Origin: Podospora anserina
Lineage: Eukaryota
Assembly (NCBI GenBank): GCA_017654855.1
Contig: CM030334.1
Coordinates: 3,596,001-3,660,000 of the forward strand
Reading direction: 5' to 3'
DNA length: 64,000 nt
Shown here: positions 27,511 through 40,600 of the stretch, piece after piece
How positions within the stretch are numbered: position 1 is the first letter of the stretch
Layout: each line of letters starts with the position of its first letter
Notes under the pieces: generated by a model
Seen by the model: the letters and a program-made list of their open reading frames with translations, nothing else
What the model was told of the DNA's origin: nothing
The model's database searches: none
Translations under genes and position numbers: made by a program

Positions 27511-28034
27511 ATGTTCCCCACACTCATCAGACGCCTTGCACAGGCGCCCAAACCGCAAATACTCGAATCCGCAGCCAAAGCCGCAACCGAAGTACCCAAA
27601 ACGAAGCTCAAGAAAGTCTGGCCACCTGACATGATGACCATGTCCCCGCAGCAGCAGCTCAGGTTTGAGAAGAAGTACAAAAGGAGGCTTAAGATGGCTA
27701 CCCTCCGACCAGGGTGGGATAAGGGCGTGCGGTTGGCGCAATACTTTACAATCACATGTGGGTAGCTCTCCTTATATGCCCGTGTTGCCAAGTGATATTG
27801 TATTAATTGGCCTCTCTGTAGTTGTGCTTGTATATACGGCCCTCTTTATGGATTGGAAGGAAATGCCGAATCCTTATGGCGGAGTAAGCCATCTATCCCA
27901 CCTTTCCCTCCTGCTCCATCCTTCTAACAGCCTCTCAAAAGATTCGGGAGTCATTTTGGGGATTCTTCGGCTCCTTTACCGAAGATACAAGAACGCTGGA
28001 ACCTGCCCAGCAGCCCAAGCCCAAGAGACCTTAG
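27511..28034 (+). CDS. Small single-TM, probably mitochondrial hypothetical protein (2 introns)
   Basis: MFPTLIRRLAQ presequence-like start, KKVWPPD..QQLRFEKKYKRRLK, TM segment VVLVYTALFMDW, last exon IRESFWGFFGSF...PKRP*. Confidence 0.75.
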
Positions 28035-28185
28035 ACTCTTGGTTCCAACACCCTCCTACCTGTATTATAGTGTTCTCATCATCCGGAGTTCTGGCGTCGG
28101 AATACCCTGCAATAAATGGCGGCCGTTTGTATACCAACATATTGATGCTTGGTTCTCGTCTGTCTTTTGGGTGTCATGGAGAATA

Positions 28186-28867
28186 TCACCTGCCATGCCA
28201 GACAAAGTTCCCACCCATTCCCTGGAATCCAGCAGCAGCCATAGCTCCCAGTCCTGCTCCTCCGCCACCCCTTGATCCCTCATTGACCGGCCTCTTGGCC
28301 ACTGCTCCTTGTGCCCTTACACCCGCAACAATGCGCTCCATATTCGTCTCTATTACCACGCCGCCCACGATCATCTCGCCCAGTGTAGCATGTAGCGTCT
28401 CAAAGTTGAAGATCAAGTCCAGCTCACAGACGTTCTCAAATAATCTGTCCAGCGCCTCAACATAGACTTGAATAAGATCGATTAGTGCCAGTGGGGACTC
28501 GGTGGATGTTGAAATGACAATGAAATAGAGTGTAGCGTAGTGACGGTAGGTTACGAGGGAGGGGACATCATTCTGTTCTGTGGCCGAGGAGGAGGACGAG
28601 GAGGTGCCTGAGGCGGCCAGTAAGGGTGGCAAAGGCAGGAAGTTGCAGGATCCGGGGGCGCGGTTGGAAACCAAGGTGAAGATCTCGGAGATGAGCCGTT
28701 GCTGGATGGAGGTTTCCTAAAGCAACAAAAGATGCAGAGGTTAGTGGGGTTGGCAAGGCCGGTTGGGCTGGAAGAAATAGAGGAGAAAACATAATTACCA
28801 GTTGGGTGTAGAACTTTGTTAGGCGAGGCTGGCCTTGGCCGTTGAAGACTAGGAATGCGTTGATCAT
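28186..28867 (-). CDS. APS3: AP-3 adaptor complex sigma subunit (1 intron)
   Basis: MINAFLVFNGQGQPRLTKFY...YRHYATLYF...ESPLALIDLIQVYVEALDRLFENVCELDLIF. Confidence 0.93.
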
Positions 28868-29302
28868 GGCTTGTGTGATTGTGGTGCGGTACGTGGTTTC
28901 TTGCGACTGATGCGTTTTGCAATGTTCCTGCGTTGGCTGGTGGGGGATGACGTGAAGCGTGCCAGCTAGCCAGGGACCTTGATAGCCCAGCGGACCGTGC
29001 GCCTGGCTCTCGGTTATCGTACTATTGGCCTGGTCCTGCCTGCCGCGAGCGGGTTTAAAGGAAAATGTGGGGTAGCTGCCTCTCAAGGCTCAAAGCTCCC
29101 GTCCTGTCAATGTCATGGAACCAAGCTCGAATTGATCCTGGCTCCCATCTCACTTCATTAACTTCAAGCTCACCATCTTCGTTGTTTGCATTGGTGACTG
29201 TGCTTATTCTTTGGTATAAGCAGTTATCAGCAACTCGCTCTTTGGCGGTTCGTGTATCTCATCTCTTCCACACAGCAAACACTCACCATACAATCACCTG
29301 CA

Positions 29303-30004
29303 ATGGTTCGCTCAGGTCTCGCCAAGCTTGCCCGTGTGGTGGCCAGCCGTGGCATCCAGACGACTCGTGCCTCGCGCGCCACTCTTCCCAGCCTTTCAGC
29401 AGCTTCCACTTTCGTCCCAGCATTGCCACGGGCCTCTGCCCTCTCCGCCCGCTTCATTTCCAAGAGCTCGGCCACCCACCACCAGGGCATCACCCCGGAC
29501 AATCAGGATGTCACTCCAAAGGAGGAGACCCCGAAGCCCATCCGGACCCCAGCTGAAATCACAGACTCAGAGTACCATGCCCTGGCCGATGAGTATATGG
29601 ACAGGCTCTTGTATCACCTCGAGGACCTAGCCGAGAGGAGAAGTGAGATGGATGTTGAGTACTCTGTGCGTTGCTTCCGATCTCTCCCATATGTTACATC
29701 CAACACAGCACTAACACGCAATCTCCAGGCTGGTGTCATGACCGTAGACTTTGGCCAAGACACCGGCACCTATGTGATCAACAAGCAGCCCCCCAACAAG
29801 CAAATCTGGCTCTCGTCTCCCATGTCGGGCCCCAAGCGTTACGATTACGTCGTCCTTGGTGAAGGTCAACATGAGAAGCAGGACACCGCGGCCGGAGACT
29901 GGGTGTACCTGAGGGACGGCACCACCTTGTCCGAGCTTTTCAAAAAGGAGATCGGTGTCGATATTAGTATGTCGATCGGTCAATATGGCGAACAGCCTCA
30001 TTAG
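29303..30004 (+). CDS. YFH1: Mitochondrial frataxin (intron 29666-29728)
   Basis: R/S/A-rich presequence, EYHALADEYMD, GTYVINKQPPNKQIWLSSPMSGPKRYD. Confidence 0.95.
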   Translation: MVRSGLAKLARVVASRGIQTTRASRATLPSLSAASTFVPALPRASALSARFISKSSATHHQGITPDNQDVTPKEETPKPIRTPAEITDSEYHALADEYMDRLLYHLEDLAERRSEMDVEYSVRCFRSLPYVTSNTALTRNLQAGVMTVDFGQDTGTYVINKQPPNKQIWLSSPMSGPKRYDYVVLGEGQHEKQDTAAGDWVYLRDGTTLSELFKKEIGVDISMSIGQYGEQPH

Positions 30005-30489
30005 CATCGTTAGTTGGTGTGTGAGCATTTTGACGATTTTATGAATAGGGGATGACTGCAGGCATGTCAGCGTGTTTTGACTGGCTTTATTCATGTTAGC
30101 TACCTCTGGTGTTGTTGGAGCAGCAGTTAGGATCACGAGGTAGTCAATGTTTTGTACAATAGTGTATGATATGGCAATTGATGAGGGAAATGCCCAAATC
30201 AACAGTTTCGTCCGTAGGGACATTCAGTGCTTTGTTCAAACTCTCAAGTGCGTCATTGCCAGTTCAGCTTGGTCAAATCATCATTCGTCCTTGCAAACGC
30301 CACATGATACTTCTGCGGGTGACTTCGGTGCTATGTGCTGCCAAACTGATGCCCAAAACCATAAAATGTTTGCTGGCTCGGGGACAAACAGAACACAACA
30401 GTCTAGGCTCAACATGAAGGCGTTTTGCAGAGGGGGGACAACTCAAATACAAACCCACACGTTTCATTTCAAAGTCACAGACACACACA

Positions 30490-30681
30490 ATGGAAGCCTC
30501 ACCCCACATGCCCCGAACACCTGTCCTTAAGCGCGAGAACGCTGTCCTTCTGGAGCCAGAGGCGAAGACTACACCGTTGTCCACCTCGATCAGCTCGAGC
30601 TCCGAGACGGATAGCACAACTTTCTCGGCCACCAGTAGCAACAGCAGCACAACAGATAGCTCAGCAGGGCCAAGAAAATGA
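30490..30681 (+). CDS. Possible 63-aa S/T-rich orphan peptide
   Basis: Good start context (caca ATG G) and biased composition. No recognisable homology. Confidence 0.3.
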   Translation: MEASPHMPRTPVLKRENAVLLEPEAKTTPLSTSISSSSETDSTTFSATSSNSSTTDSSAGPRK

Positions 30682-31057
30682 ATATTCAGGAGAGAGAGTT
30701 GAGTTCTGTGTCAAAAACAGACAAACTAGCCAGATACTTGGAGGCCAGTACCACGCTCACTGGTATCGTAATTCTGTAGAGTAGCTAACAGCTGAGCTTC
30801 CGCAACTCAGCGTCTTTGTAGAACTGCCAATATATCTTCTCAAGTGCACAAGGAACCCCTTCACGAAGGCATGAACAAAACATCTCAGACAAAACATGGC
30901 ATATAATTAGCAGGGACCAAATTGAGCCGCCAACTCCGCCCCCCGTTCTACCTCCCAGTGACATAAAAAGACAAATCCTCCATCTCAGTCCCAAATACCA
31001 CCCATGTCCATTCCCAAATCCCCTACACTCCCCCCTTCCCATTATTACCTCTCCCCC

Positions 31058-32355
31058 TTACAACCCCAAATCCTTATCCGCAAACCCTACCTTCCCACCC
31101 CCGATATCAAAAACAGCATACACTGCCTTCAGAAAGATATCCCCCAAAATCCCAAACTCCTCACTCATGAAAGGCTGCAAACCCCCCATACACCGCCCCG
31201 GCAAATCATCATACGTGGTATAATTCATATACCTCCCAGGAACCCTCGCCACCCACCCATTCGCAAACCCAATCTCGAAATCCGGCAGCGTGGTATTGCA
31301 AGGGTAGTGCCACAGCCCCCCAAAAGACCTGTCCGAAGTCGCGTTGGGCACCGCGTCGTAGTACATGTTCACAATATCCGGAGACAACAACATGAGCGTC
31401 GTGCCCGTGTCGGCAATCACCCGCCACTGGGAGATGTACCAATAGTTATGTCCGACAACATGCAGACCCGTAAAGTTAAACTCCCAAAAGGTCGAATTGG
31501 GCAGGAGGGGCGTGTAATTGATCTCCCCAATGTGTCGGTGGTGGTCGATGTAACCAAACGTGTAGGCTCCTTCGTCTGATTGGTACCGCAAGTCAGCTGT
31601 GAAGACCGGTTTGTCGAGGTGACTTTTGAGGGTTGAAAGAACGGTAGGCTGCTTGGGTCTGACCTGGCTGTGGAGGTCATACGCCAAACCAAAAATGCCG
31701 TCAATGTCCTTGTCCGAGGAGAGCGATTGGGAGACGTCCACAGCGGATTGAACCACCGCGTTGTGAAGAGGGATTCCCCCAATGTCGATGCTGTCGTGAT
31801 AGACGTGGCCCCAGGCGTAACTACTGTCGCCGTAGGTGATCCTCCACTCGCTTCCGTTCACGAGCTCGGCGGTGGACGACTTTTCCAACTCAAAGATGTC
31901 TTCGCGGCGCGTCTTGGTCTTGGTCTCGGAGGAGTAGACCCAGACGTCGGCGCTGCCGGTGTCGAGGTCGACGTTGAGGTACTGGAAGGGTGTTCCGAAT
32001 CCGACTCGGCTGAGGTATTCGCGATCACCCATGATGCTCTCCGCGTTGACATCGCCCGCTAATCGACACGGGTTAGTCAAGATACCTTCTTCATGAAGGG
32101 GGGAGTTTGTTTCAACTTACTTTCTCCTCCTCCTCTGAAACTGTTTGTCGCATCATCCAGCTCGTCATCCATAGGCACACCCCATTTCTTGAGAGCGCGA
32201 GAATACTGCAGACGGCCATTGGGAGCATACCCAGGATTTCGGGGCAGGTCGACAGTAACCGACCTTTTCGTCACTTTCTGGCCGGCCGAGGTAGGAATGG
32301 CATGAATGAAAGTCGAAAAAATGCTCATCAAGAGCATAAAGAATAAGGTGGCCAT
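31058..32355 (-). CDS. Secreted pepsin-like (A1) aspartic protease (1 intron)
   Basis: Signal peptide, catalytic DLDTGSADVW and IADTGTT, flap YGDSS, ILGDIFLKAVYAVFD. Confidence 0.95.
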
Positions 32356-34474
32356 CGTATCGATGCCCAAAAGGGAGCGGGAATGGGGATCGAGTGAAAA
32401 ATAAATGAAGAAAAAGAGAGAGTGACTGGTAAAAGAAAAAGAAAAAGTCGTGAGGGAGCGAACGAGTCTTGTTTTATTGAAAGGCAGGTGAATAAATAAA
32501 AAAAGAGTGGTGCGATGTGGTGCTGTCGGTCAGGAGCCGTGCCAGGTTGACGATGGCAGACAGGTGTCACAGGTTGAGTGAGGTTGCTCTTCCCCGGCGG
32601 CTACCGACAGGGCGTACCTACCTAAGGTAAGGAAATAAAGAATCTGGGATGCGTGGAAACGGTCGAAAGATGCAAGCAAGCGGAGCGTGGAAATAACTGA
32701 GATCCCTGGCCATGTGTCACAGGAGGAAGGCACCACTGAAGGTGAGGGGACCATCCACCGCTCAACAATGCTTATTTTGGAGCAACATAATGGGATCAAA
32801 AAAGAACCTCCACTGCCTCATGTGGGGTCGGTCAGCGTCGTCATGTTGTTTATTGTGTTCCTGTAACCATTCTCTCTTTCTCGCAAACGCTCCCCCTTAC
32901 CAATCACACCCTCTCCCTCGCGCCTTTGGATCCCCCTCCGACCTCGAGCCGCCTTGGAAACACTCGAAAAATCTTCTCCTCCGAGGTCTCTCTGCCCATC
33001 CAAGGTCATCCCATCCCCCATCAACCCCTTTATTTCCCTCTGTCTCAGTCCCCCCTCGTCCTTCGAAACCAAAAATTTATAACCAATTCTCCCCGTGTCA
33101 CCCTCAGGTCGTCCCGCCTCTGTGTCAAACCTCACCTCCATCCCCATCCAGGACCCTTCCACAAAAACCGGCCATCCACATTATTTCCACGACTCACCTT
33201 CACTACACGTTGCCAACACGCCCCCATCCCCCCCCCACCGACCGCTTACCCGCATGTACATTACATTACCTACCTCTCCCCATCTCACAGAAAAGACCTC
33301 AGCAGCAAGACGTGTCCATCCGCTGTCGTGCCCACCACTCGTTTCCACCGCAAGCCTCTCTGTACACTACAAACCTCGCCCGGGATACCTTAACTTCCTC
33401 AATCCAAACTCCTGGATACTTGCAGAACCCATCACACGAAGCACAAAAAGAAAAGAACGGAGAATCCCGACCACCTAAAACCCAGATGATTGGATACTCG
33501 CAGTCCATTGCCCATCTGGCACTGGAAACACAGAACACACACACACATAACAAAACTCACACATGACCTGCACTCAGCCCAAAAAGGAGAGACTCGGGTG
33601 TCACCCATGTGGATATAGCTGAACATCCTGAGAGTTGTGCACAACACCGGAAAAATGCATGATTTTTTCATAGTTATTCGTTGTGGTAGTTTACTTTCCA
33701 GTAAGTAGTGCAAAGACAACTTTCCATGATGCCGACATGCTTGCTGCTGCAATGTGAGATATGCGTCTATGTACAATATGTCCTCTCTCTTCCCCTATCC
33801 TGACCTCAACACTCTCTCCTCTTTTCCCCCGTCCCTCCCATCGTCTGCCCACCCTCCCGAACCAGATATATCACCATGTATACTTATCTGATCCATATTC
33901 CCTTGCACACCGTCTTCATCTCCCCTATAGTTTCGTTCCTCGTGTCATTATTCTGCAGTCAAATCGATACCCAGAGGTTGTGTAAAAACCCAAGTTCATC
34001 CAAATTATTGCGAAGAGAATGCCCCAAAAAAGAACAAGAGGAGAAGAGCTACCAAGGGAGAATAAACAAAAGTGCAGTCAAGAGAAGTCGGCGGGCAGAT
34101 GGAGGTTTGGACGGCGGGGAAACGAGGAAACAAGGCGAGCTTGGCGTGCATACGCCTTCTCCACATGGGCGCGTGGAGTAAAACGTCAGGGCTGCAGCTG
34201 CTCGTGTGCTAAGGTCGAGGATGAAGCAAGTCAAAATGCCGGCGAGAAATTGGTGAAAATAGGGGTATTATTAGAAATGTGGCTGGGCAGCGTACGTGGC
34301 GTGGTATGGCGTCGCGGTCAGTAAGAGGGTATTATGCGTGGTGGAAAAATGTCATCATCGATGATATATGTGTGGCTGTATGGCGTGTATGATATGGTCG
34401 TCGCGTAAAAAAGTGATGATGGCCGTGATGCTCGCATGAGGTGGAAAACAAGAAACGCAAGGGGGAGAGACAAT

Positions 34475-35357
34475 CTAGGAATCCTGTCGTCTTTCACGGT
34501 CACCGTCTGAAAGGTCGGGAACAATAACATAGTCAGCAAATGTTGTACTCGAGGACATGGACGACGCGGTCAAGGATTTGATCGAGTCGGCATCCCCTCC
34601 GACTGGCGCAGGGACATGAGGATGAGGCATGGAACCTCGCGCAGGTGCCGCAGAGGGGTACCCGTGCAGGTGCGTTTGCGATTGTGCGTGCGCATAGCCT
34701 GGTGCTGCCGCGGCTCCAGTCGATCGGGGATGGTGGTGATGAGGACGGAGGACGAGATGGCGATATTCACCTTCGCTTTCCACAGGTGTGGGCGGGAGAG
34801 CTCCCGGAACGGCCTGCTGGCCTTGCCGCGCTGTTCCTGGGCGGCTGCCTCCGCCATACTTGTGTTGGTCTTTCTCGGTCGCCGAGGCTGCTGTCCTCGA
34901 GCTGTCGCCAGCACCCGTCTGTGGCTTGCCTCCCTTCAACCGCTCTTCCATCTCACGAATGCGCCGCTCGAGGGCCTCGAGCTCCGAAGTCTGGCTGTCA
35001 ATCTCCTTCTTCCTAAAGGTGGGTGCCGTCTGTCAGTGTCCAGAACTTCGGCATCGTGAGGGGTTGAGGTGCTTGCTGCATTGCGCGCGCAACGCCCAAG
35101 CTCCTGGTGGGGTTCAGGGAGAGCTGCCTGCGACTGACCGTTTATCGACCTGCTCGTCGAGGTCTGCAACACTGTTGTCGATGCGGAAAATGTTCATGAG
35201 CTCTTCCGAAAACACTTTGGCAATAGTCCTGCATAATTGGGCAACAGCTGTCAGTTTTGGACCCTTCGATCGGCGGGCATTAGGGAGAAACGCACGATTG
35301 CGGGCGGCGGCCATTGGGCTTCCAGTCGCGGTCGAGCTCTTCGTCAGTGGGAGACAT
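34475..35357 (-). CDS. Fungal hypothetical protein with a short coiled coil (introns about 35230-35295 and 35013-35138)
   Basis: Spliced reading MSPTDEELDRDWKPNGRRPQS/TIAKVFSEELMNIFRIDNSVADLDEQVDKR/KKEIDSQTSELEALERRIREMEERLK, with canonical splice signals. Confidence 0.78.
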
Positions 35358-37696
35358 TTTGGCGACAGTTGTGAGGGATAAAACGGTGTGACGGTTGGAG
35401 AAAAGCCGTTGGGAACGGGGAGACAAGATGGCCGAGGTCGAAGAACGATGAGGTGCTGGGTCGGGATCGAGTCGAGTCGAAGGTCGAGTCGAGCGAGGTT
35501 GCCAGTTTCAAGGCAAGTCCCGTTCATAATTAAAGGGTCCCAGCTGGCTGGCAAGCGGCAGGGGGGTTTAGTGGCCTTGTGCTGTGCACTGCGACCCAAG
35601 TGTGTCACCAGCCCAAAAGCCTAATTTGGGATGGTCGCGCCGATAGCCAGGGGTTTAGTGCCGCATGGACAATGCAATGAGTGTCTGGAGATCCAAAGCA
35701 TGTCGGAATAAAGAAGAGGTGATATCGGAAACGTGATGGGTGTCGTCTCCCCGGCATTGACCTTTGTTGCTATCTAGATCCGTCCAGATGACGAGGTGTT
35801 GCTGTCCCTCCTGACTCAACACCTCACTGAGGAACCGACAGGCTGCCTTGATCTTGATGGAAACTGGCACGGCAATTCATATCCGGCGAGTGTCTCCGCG
35901 ATGCGGTCATTCCGAGTGGTTTTTCTCTTCCTTAATAAAACAACGCTGCGCCAAGAGGCGTCTGTAATGTGTCTCTCGACGAGTGGGCGGCAAATGTTTG
36001 TGGGATCGCTGAGATTTGGATCATCTCCACGAAGCCCCACTGTGAGATTAGCATAACTTTGAGAGCGATTTGTGCTCATGGGCGCATGAATTTTTCATTT
36101 CTTAACATCTGATGCAGCATATATACTTTGTATTCACAGGATCATCCTTTTTGGCCACAAGAGAACATCACGGGTCGGCCGAGTTTGAGCTGCTGGGCGC
36201 TGCATTAGGCAATAATGGGAACGAGATACGATTTGTTTGATACCAAGGCGAGGGCACTAACAATTACTGCGAGGTCTCTAACAACTGGTTCGGCGCATGA
36301 CCTGTCCACAGTCATCATTCCATTCCAAATGACCAGCTAGGTTGACCATTCAGAAATATGGGAACTCGGTGACTCAGTATGAACTTGTAGCTCCTTCTAC
36401 ACAGAATCTCACGAGGTTTATTTGCGTGGACTACACTATAAACCCTTCTATCACGTACATCTCAGCACCCTCATGCCAAGATTTCAGGGGTGGAAGTATT
36501 CCCCCTGAGAGCTTGAAAGCACAGACCAGCATTCGACTTGATGCGATCATGATCACAACCGCTTCAAAAATTGCTAGGAAACTCTTGTAGAGGGCAGGAG
36601 GCCCAGTGTTCCAGTCCGTAGTCGGAAACGTACTTCGCCTTGAAGTGTGTCTTTGTAGCCTTGATGTGCTTTACGTTGGTGGGGGTAAAGAACTTGGTCA
36701 CTGGCAGTGGGCAATGTAGTCAATTTGACATTGTTTAATGGGCTCTACCGCCTGGCGTGTCTAAACTTGAACATCTTTCCTGACTGCATGGGCTCATGGC
36801 TGAAGTTGGTCTACCATTTCCTTGTTTGACAGCCCGAAAAAGGACAGTAGCTCCGGGCAAATTGATGGGGAAAGTCTAACTGTGGGTGGGAACCAGGAAG
36901 TGTTGCAATGACGTTCTGATCTTATCTTATCAGGAGAGCAAGGATCAAGGCTATCTCAAGTACATAATTCAATGTCGAGTGAATAGCGCTGACTTCAGGA
37001 TAGATGAGCCAAAAATGCAGCTATGGTATAGAAGTACGGAACCTGTTTAAAAACATTCCACTGCACATCTGACGCTTAAAACTCTTCTTCAGCCACAAAC
37101 TTGGGATGGGTGTATGTTCAAGGTTAGGGTTACATACCGGCTTTCGAGTTTTATCAGTGCACTTATTCACCCACGTGACAGCCTGAGCCCGGCCTTGGCT
37201 TCCCGTCTGGTGCGGCGAGTTCTGAATTGGATTCCCCTCAGCGCGCCTCAAGTCTTTTGATTGCACCACCAATACACGGCATCACAGCGCTCAACCGCAT
37301 CAAGAATCAAGACAATCCACGACACCAACCGCCAACTCACGTGATTGTCCTGTCGCGACCGGAAAAATCATCTTCAGCGACACAACCACGACAACACCAC
37401 CAGCCAAGACCCGCAGACAAGAACCTCGACGGCTGCACGCTTCCCCAATCAAGTTGGCCATTTAACCCACATAATCGCTATCTTCGATACCCAGAGCCTT
37501 GAGCTCAGGCTGCCGGTGAGTCTAGATAGTCTTGGCGCACCCACGCGTATGGTGACGCGCGATGGAAGCTTCTACAGAGCAGATCAGAGCATTGCATCGC
37601 TGACCTTGTCCGTAACCACAGATCGTGGCGCCTGTACATCTTCTCCCCCAGAGGCGTGACAACTCCTTGGGCCCCCCACCGGGTGGAGTCTGGGGC

Positions 37697-40600
37697 ATGA
37701 ATACTCCGGCGAACCCGACGACATTCCCAGTATCGTCCTTCACATCGCTCGAGCTCGTGTTCCTCTTCCGAGGTGTCAACAAGTTTGGCATCGACCCCGC
37801 TGCCTTTCCACAGATCTCCAATGTTCTGCGGGACAACAGCGGCCTCAAGAGGCAGCCGACCTTCGATGCCCAAAGGTTGAGCCCCGAGGCTCTGCAGAAG
37901 GTCTTTCTGTATCTTGTTGGTCAAGAGATCCGGGCCGATCATGTCGGCAGCATGCCTGGGCCAGATGGCCCTCTCTCTCCTGCCTCCAAGAAGAGAAGGC
38001 TTGATACTCTTCCGCTACCGAGCTGGAAGGATGTTCACCAGCACATCGATAAGGTGCAGCAAGCCTACGACAAGGTGTTCGACTCCTACATCGAGAGCGC
38101 TGTTCAAGAGATCGATCATCTGGAGGAAGCATACAGAAAGACAGAGGCAGAGCTAGAGCAGCTCCAACTGGCCGAATCACAAGCTAGCGAGGAGGCCAAA
38201 CAGCAAAAGGAAGAGGCCATCGAGGATAAAGGGGTACAAGTGAATGGAGTTGGTGATATCAAACCGAAGCCAGGCCCGGCGGTCGTCAATGGCATCCATC
38301 CGTCTCCAAAGGCCTCGCCCAAACCATCACCACAGCTACCGCAGTCTCAGTTACCGCAGTCTCAGCTACCACACCACGCGCAATCCCAGCCCCGGCAACA
38401 CCTTCAACAACATCCCCAGCAACAGCATCAACAACAGAATTTGCAGCAGTCTATGCAACAGCCTTTACAGCGGCCACAGCAGCTGACGCCACAGCCCCAT
38501 GTGCCTCAAGTGTCTCAGCTATCGCAACCGCCGCAACCCCCTCAACCACCACAGTTACCCCAGCTGCAACAGCTGCAGCTACCACTGCAATCACCACAGA
38601 CACTGCATCAAGCACAGCCGCCACAGCATGGACATGTACCACAGCAAACACATGTGCAGCAAGGGCAGCTGCCACAGCAAGCACAGCAAGGTCTCCAACA
38701 AGGGCAACGGCTACCGGGACAGGGACAACCCCCACAGCAGCTGCATCAAGGACAGCCAGCTCAACATATGGCTCAAGGACAACCGCCACAGCAAGTCCAG
38801 CCATTGCAGCAACCAAACCCATTGCCACACGTCCAGCAGTCACAGCAATCGCAGCAACCACAACCACCGTTGCGGCCACTGCAGCCTCTGCTCCCACATC
38901 TTGCACCCCGTCAGGATGTCAGAAACGGACTTGGCTCTCCACATTCCCAGCATGCTTCTCTCGATAAAGCAGGTCCGGCCCCTCGTCCTCCCACCTTGAA
39001 TCACCAGCCCACCACTCGTTCACCACAGCTTGGCCATCCCGACGTCTCAAGGGGTCCTTCTGCCCGACCTTCAGAGCCGTCAAAGTCGCTCGGTGGATCG
39101 CCGCAAGTTCTCCAAGCACCACAAGGGGTGGCCTCTTTCCAACCATTGTCCCAGTCGCCTGCTCCAACTCCTGCCGCAGACGGCCTGCAGAGGCCAGATG
39201 GCGTTGCGAGAGCACATCAGTCTCCGGGCCCTCTGCCAGCGAGCCCGCATATGCCGCCGTCGCAGTCACAGTTGAAATGGGAGCCCCCATATCAACCCTC
39301 TTCTGGCGCTCGGCCCCCGATGAACTCGCCATTACAACACGGTCCTAATGTGTTTTCTCCCCCTCCGCATATGGTGGCTTCCCAACGGCCACCACCGATC
39401 TCGTCTCCTTTGCAAGGGCAAGCAAACAGGCCGTTGCCACAGCAGGTTTTGCACCCCCCTCATACTCATACGACGGGTCAATTTGTGCCTCTTCAACCAA
39501 CACCTGTTCGGCCCGCTATAGACGCAGCAAACAGGCAGCCACCGCCGGTTTCGAGCCCAGGGCCGAATAACACGGTGCAGTCCCCTTTCCATCCTGGGCC
39601 ATACCACAACTATCCCGTTCCGTCGTCCCCTCACCCAACTCAACCTCAGCAGCATGCTCCTAAAGCCCCTCAACATGGCGCTGTCACACATCCTCCTTCA
39701 GTACGGAGCCCGGCCGTTGCTTCGCCCGCCTCTGCATCAGGGATTCATCTGCCACGACCTAATCAAGGACTGGCGGCTCCTTCTCAACAACGACCACAAT
39801 CGCTGCCTCACTTGCAAGCGCCTTCGCCATATCCCCAAGCTACTCATCCTCCTGCTGTATCCTCACCAGCTGGCCCCCAAAATGGAGGATACAGTTCCCC
39901 ATATCACCCTCCCCGGCCTGCTCCAGTGGAACGTATCCATCCACGTGCGCCTGCGACAACGACGCCTGTTCCACCCGCTAGATTCGGGCCTGCGCCGTCT
40001 GCCCCCCAGACGCCGGCTGTTATGCAACAGCAGCCCTTCGTCATTTCGGCTAGGATGACAAGGTGGAAGACGGAATCCACTCCTTCGACGCCGAAGGGTG
40101 GACTTGAATTTCAGTTTGGGTGGGATGAGAAGCCTAGTCCACAGACTGAACCAATCAGTCCCGTTCTGGAACCGGCGCCCTTGCCATCAGCCGCCCCCCA
40201 CGAGTCACCACAGAAAGCACCAGAGCAATCGCAAGCTAAACAGACCCCGAGTTCCTCAGGTAAGCCCGGTAGATCAAGGGTGCCTCAGTCAACCAGGGAT
40301 GCAACCTCTCCCTCTCCAGTGGCGTCCGGGTTAAGGAATACATCTGTCAAGGCTACCAAAGAGGTGGTGCTACCCATAAATGAGCCGGATGCACCCAAGA
40401 TTAAGGATGAGGCCATGACACCGCGCCCAACCACCGAGACTGGCGACACCGCAGCAGATGAGAGTATCTCCAACAGACCGAATCCGGCACGCTCAACTAA
40501 GCGGAAACGAGACGAGTCTACGCCAGCCTCGGTGCAATCCCCAAGGGGGCGACAGCTGACAGATGCATCCCGTGATGATTCGATGCCGCCTAATATGCCC

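Noticed and set aside
35600..37400. 1.8-kb gene-free interval
   Set aside because: Divergent promoter region. No recognisable ORF, repeat or RIP-like AT richness.
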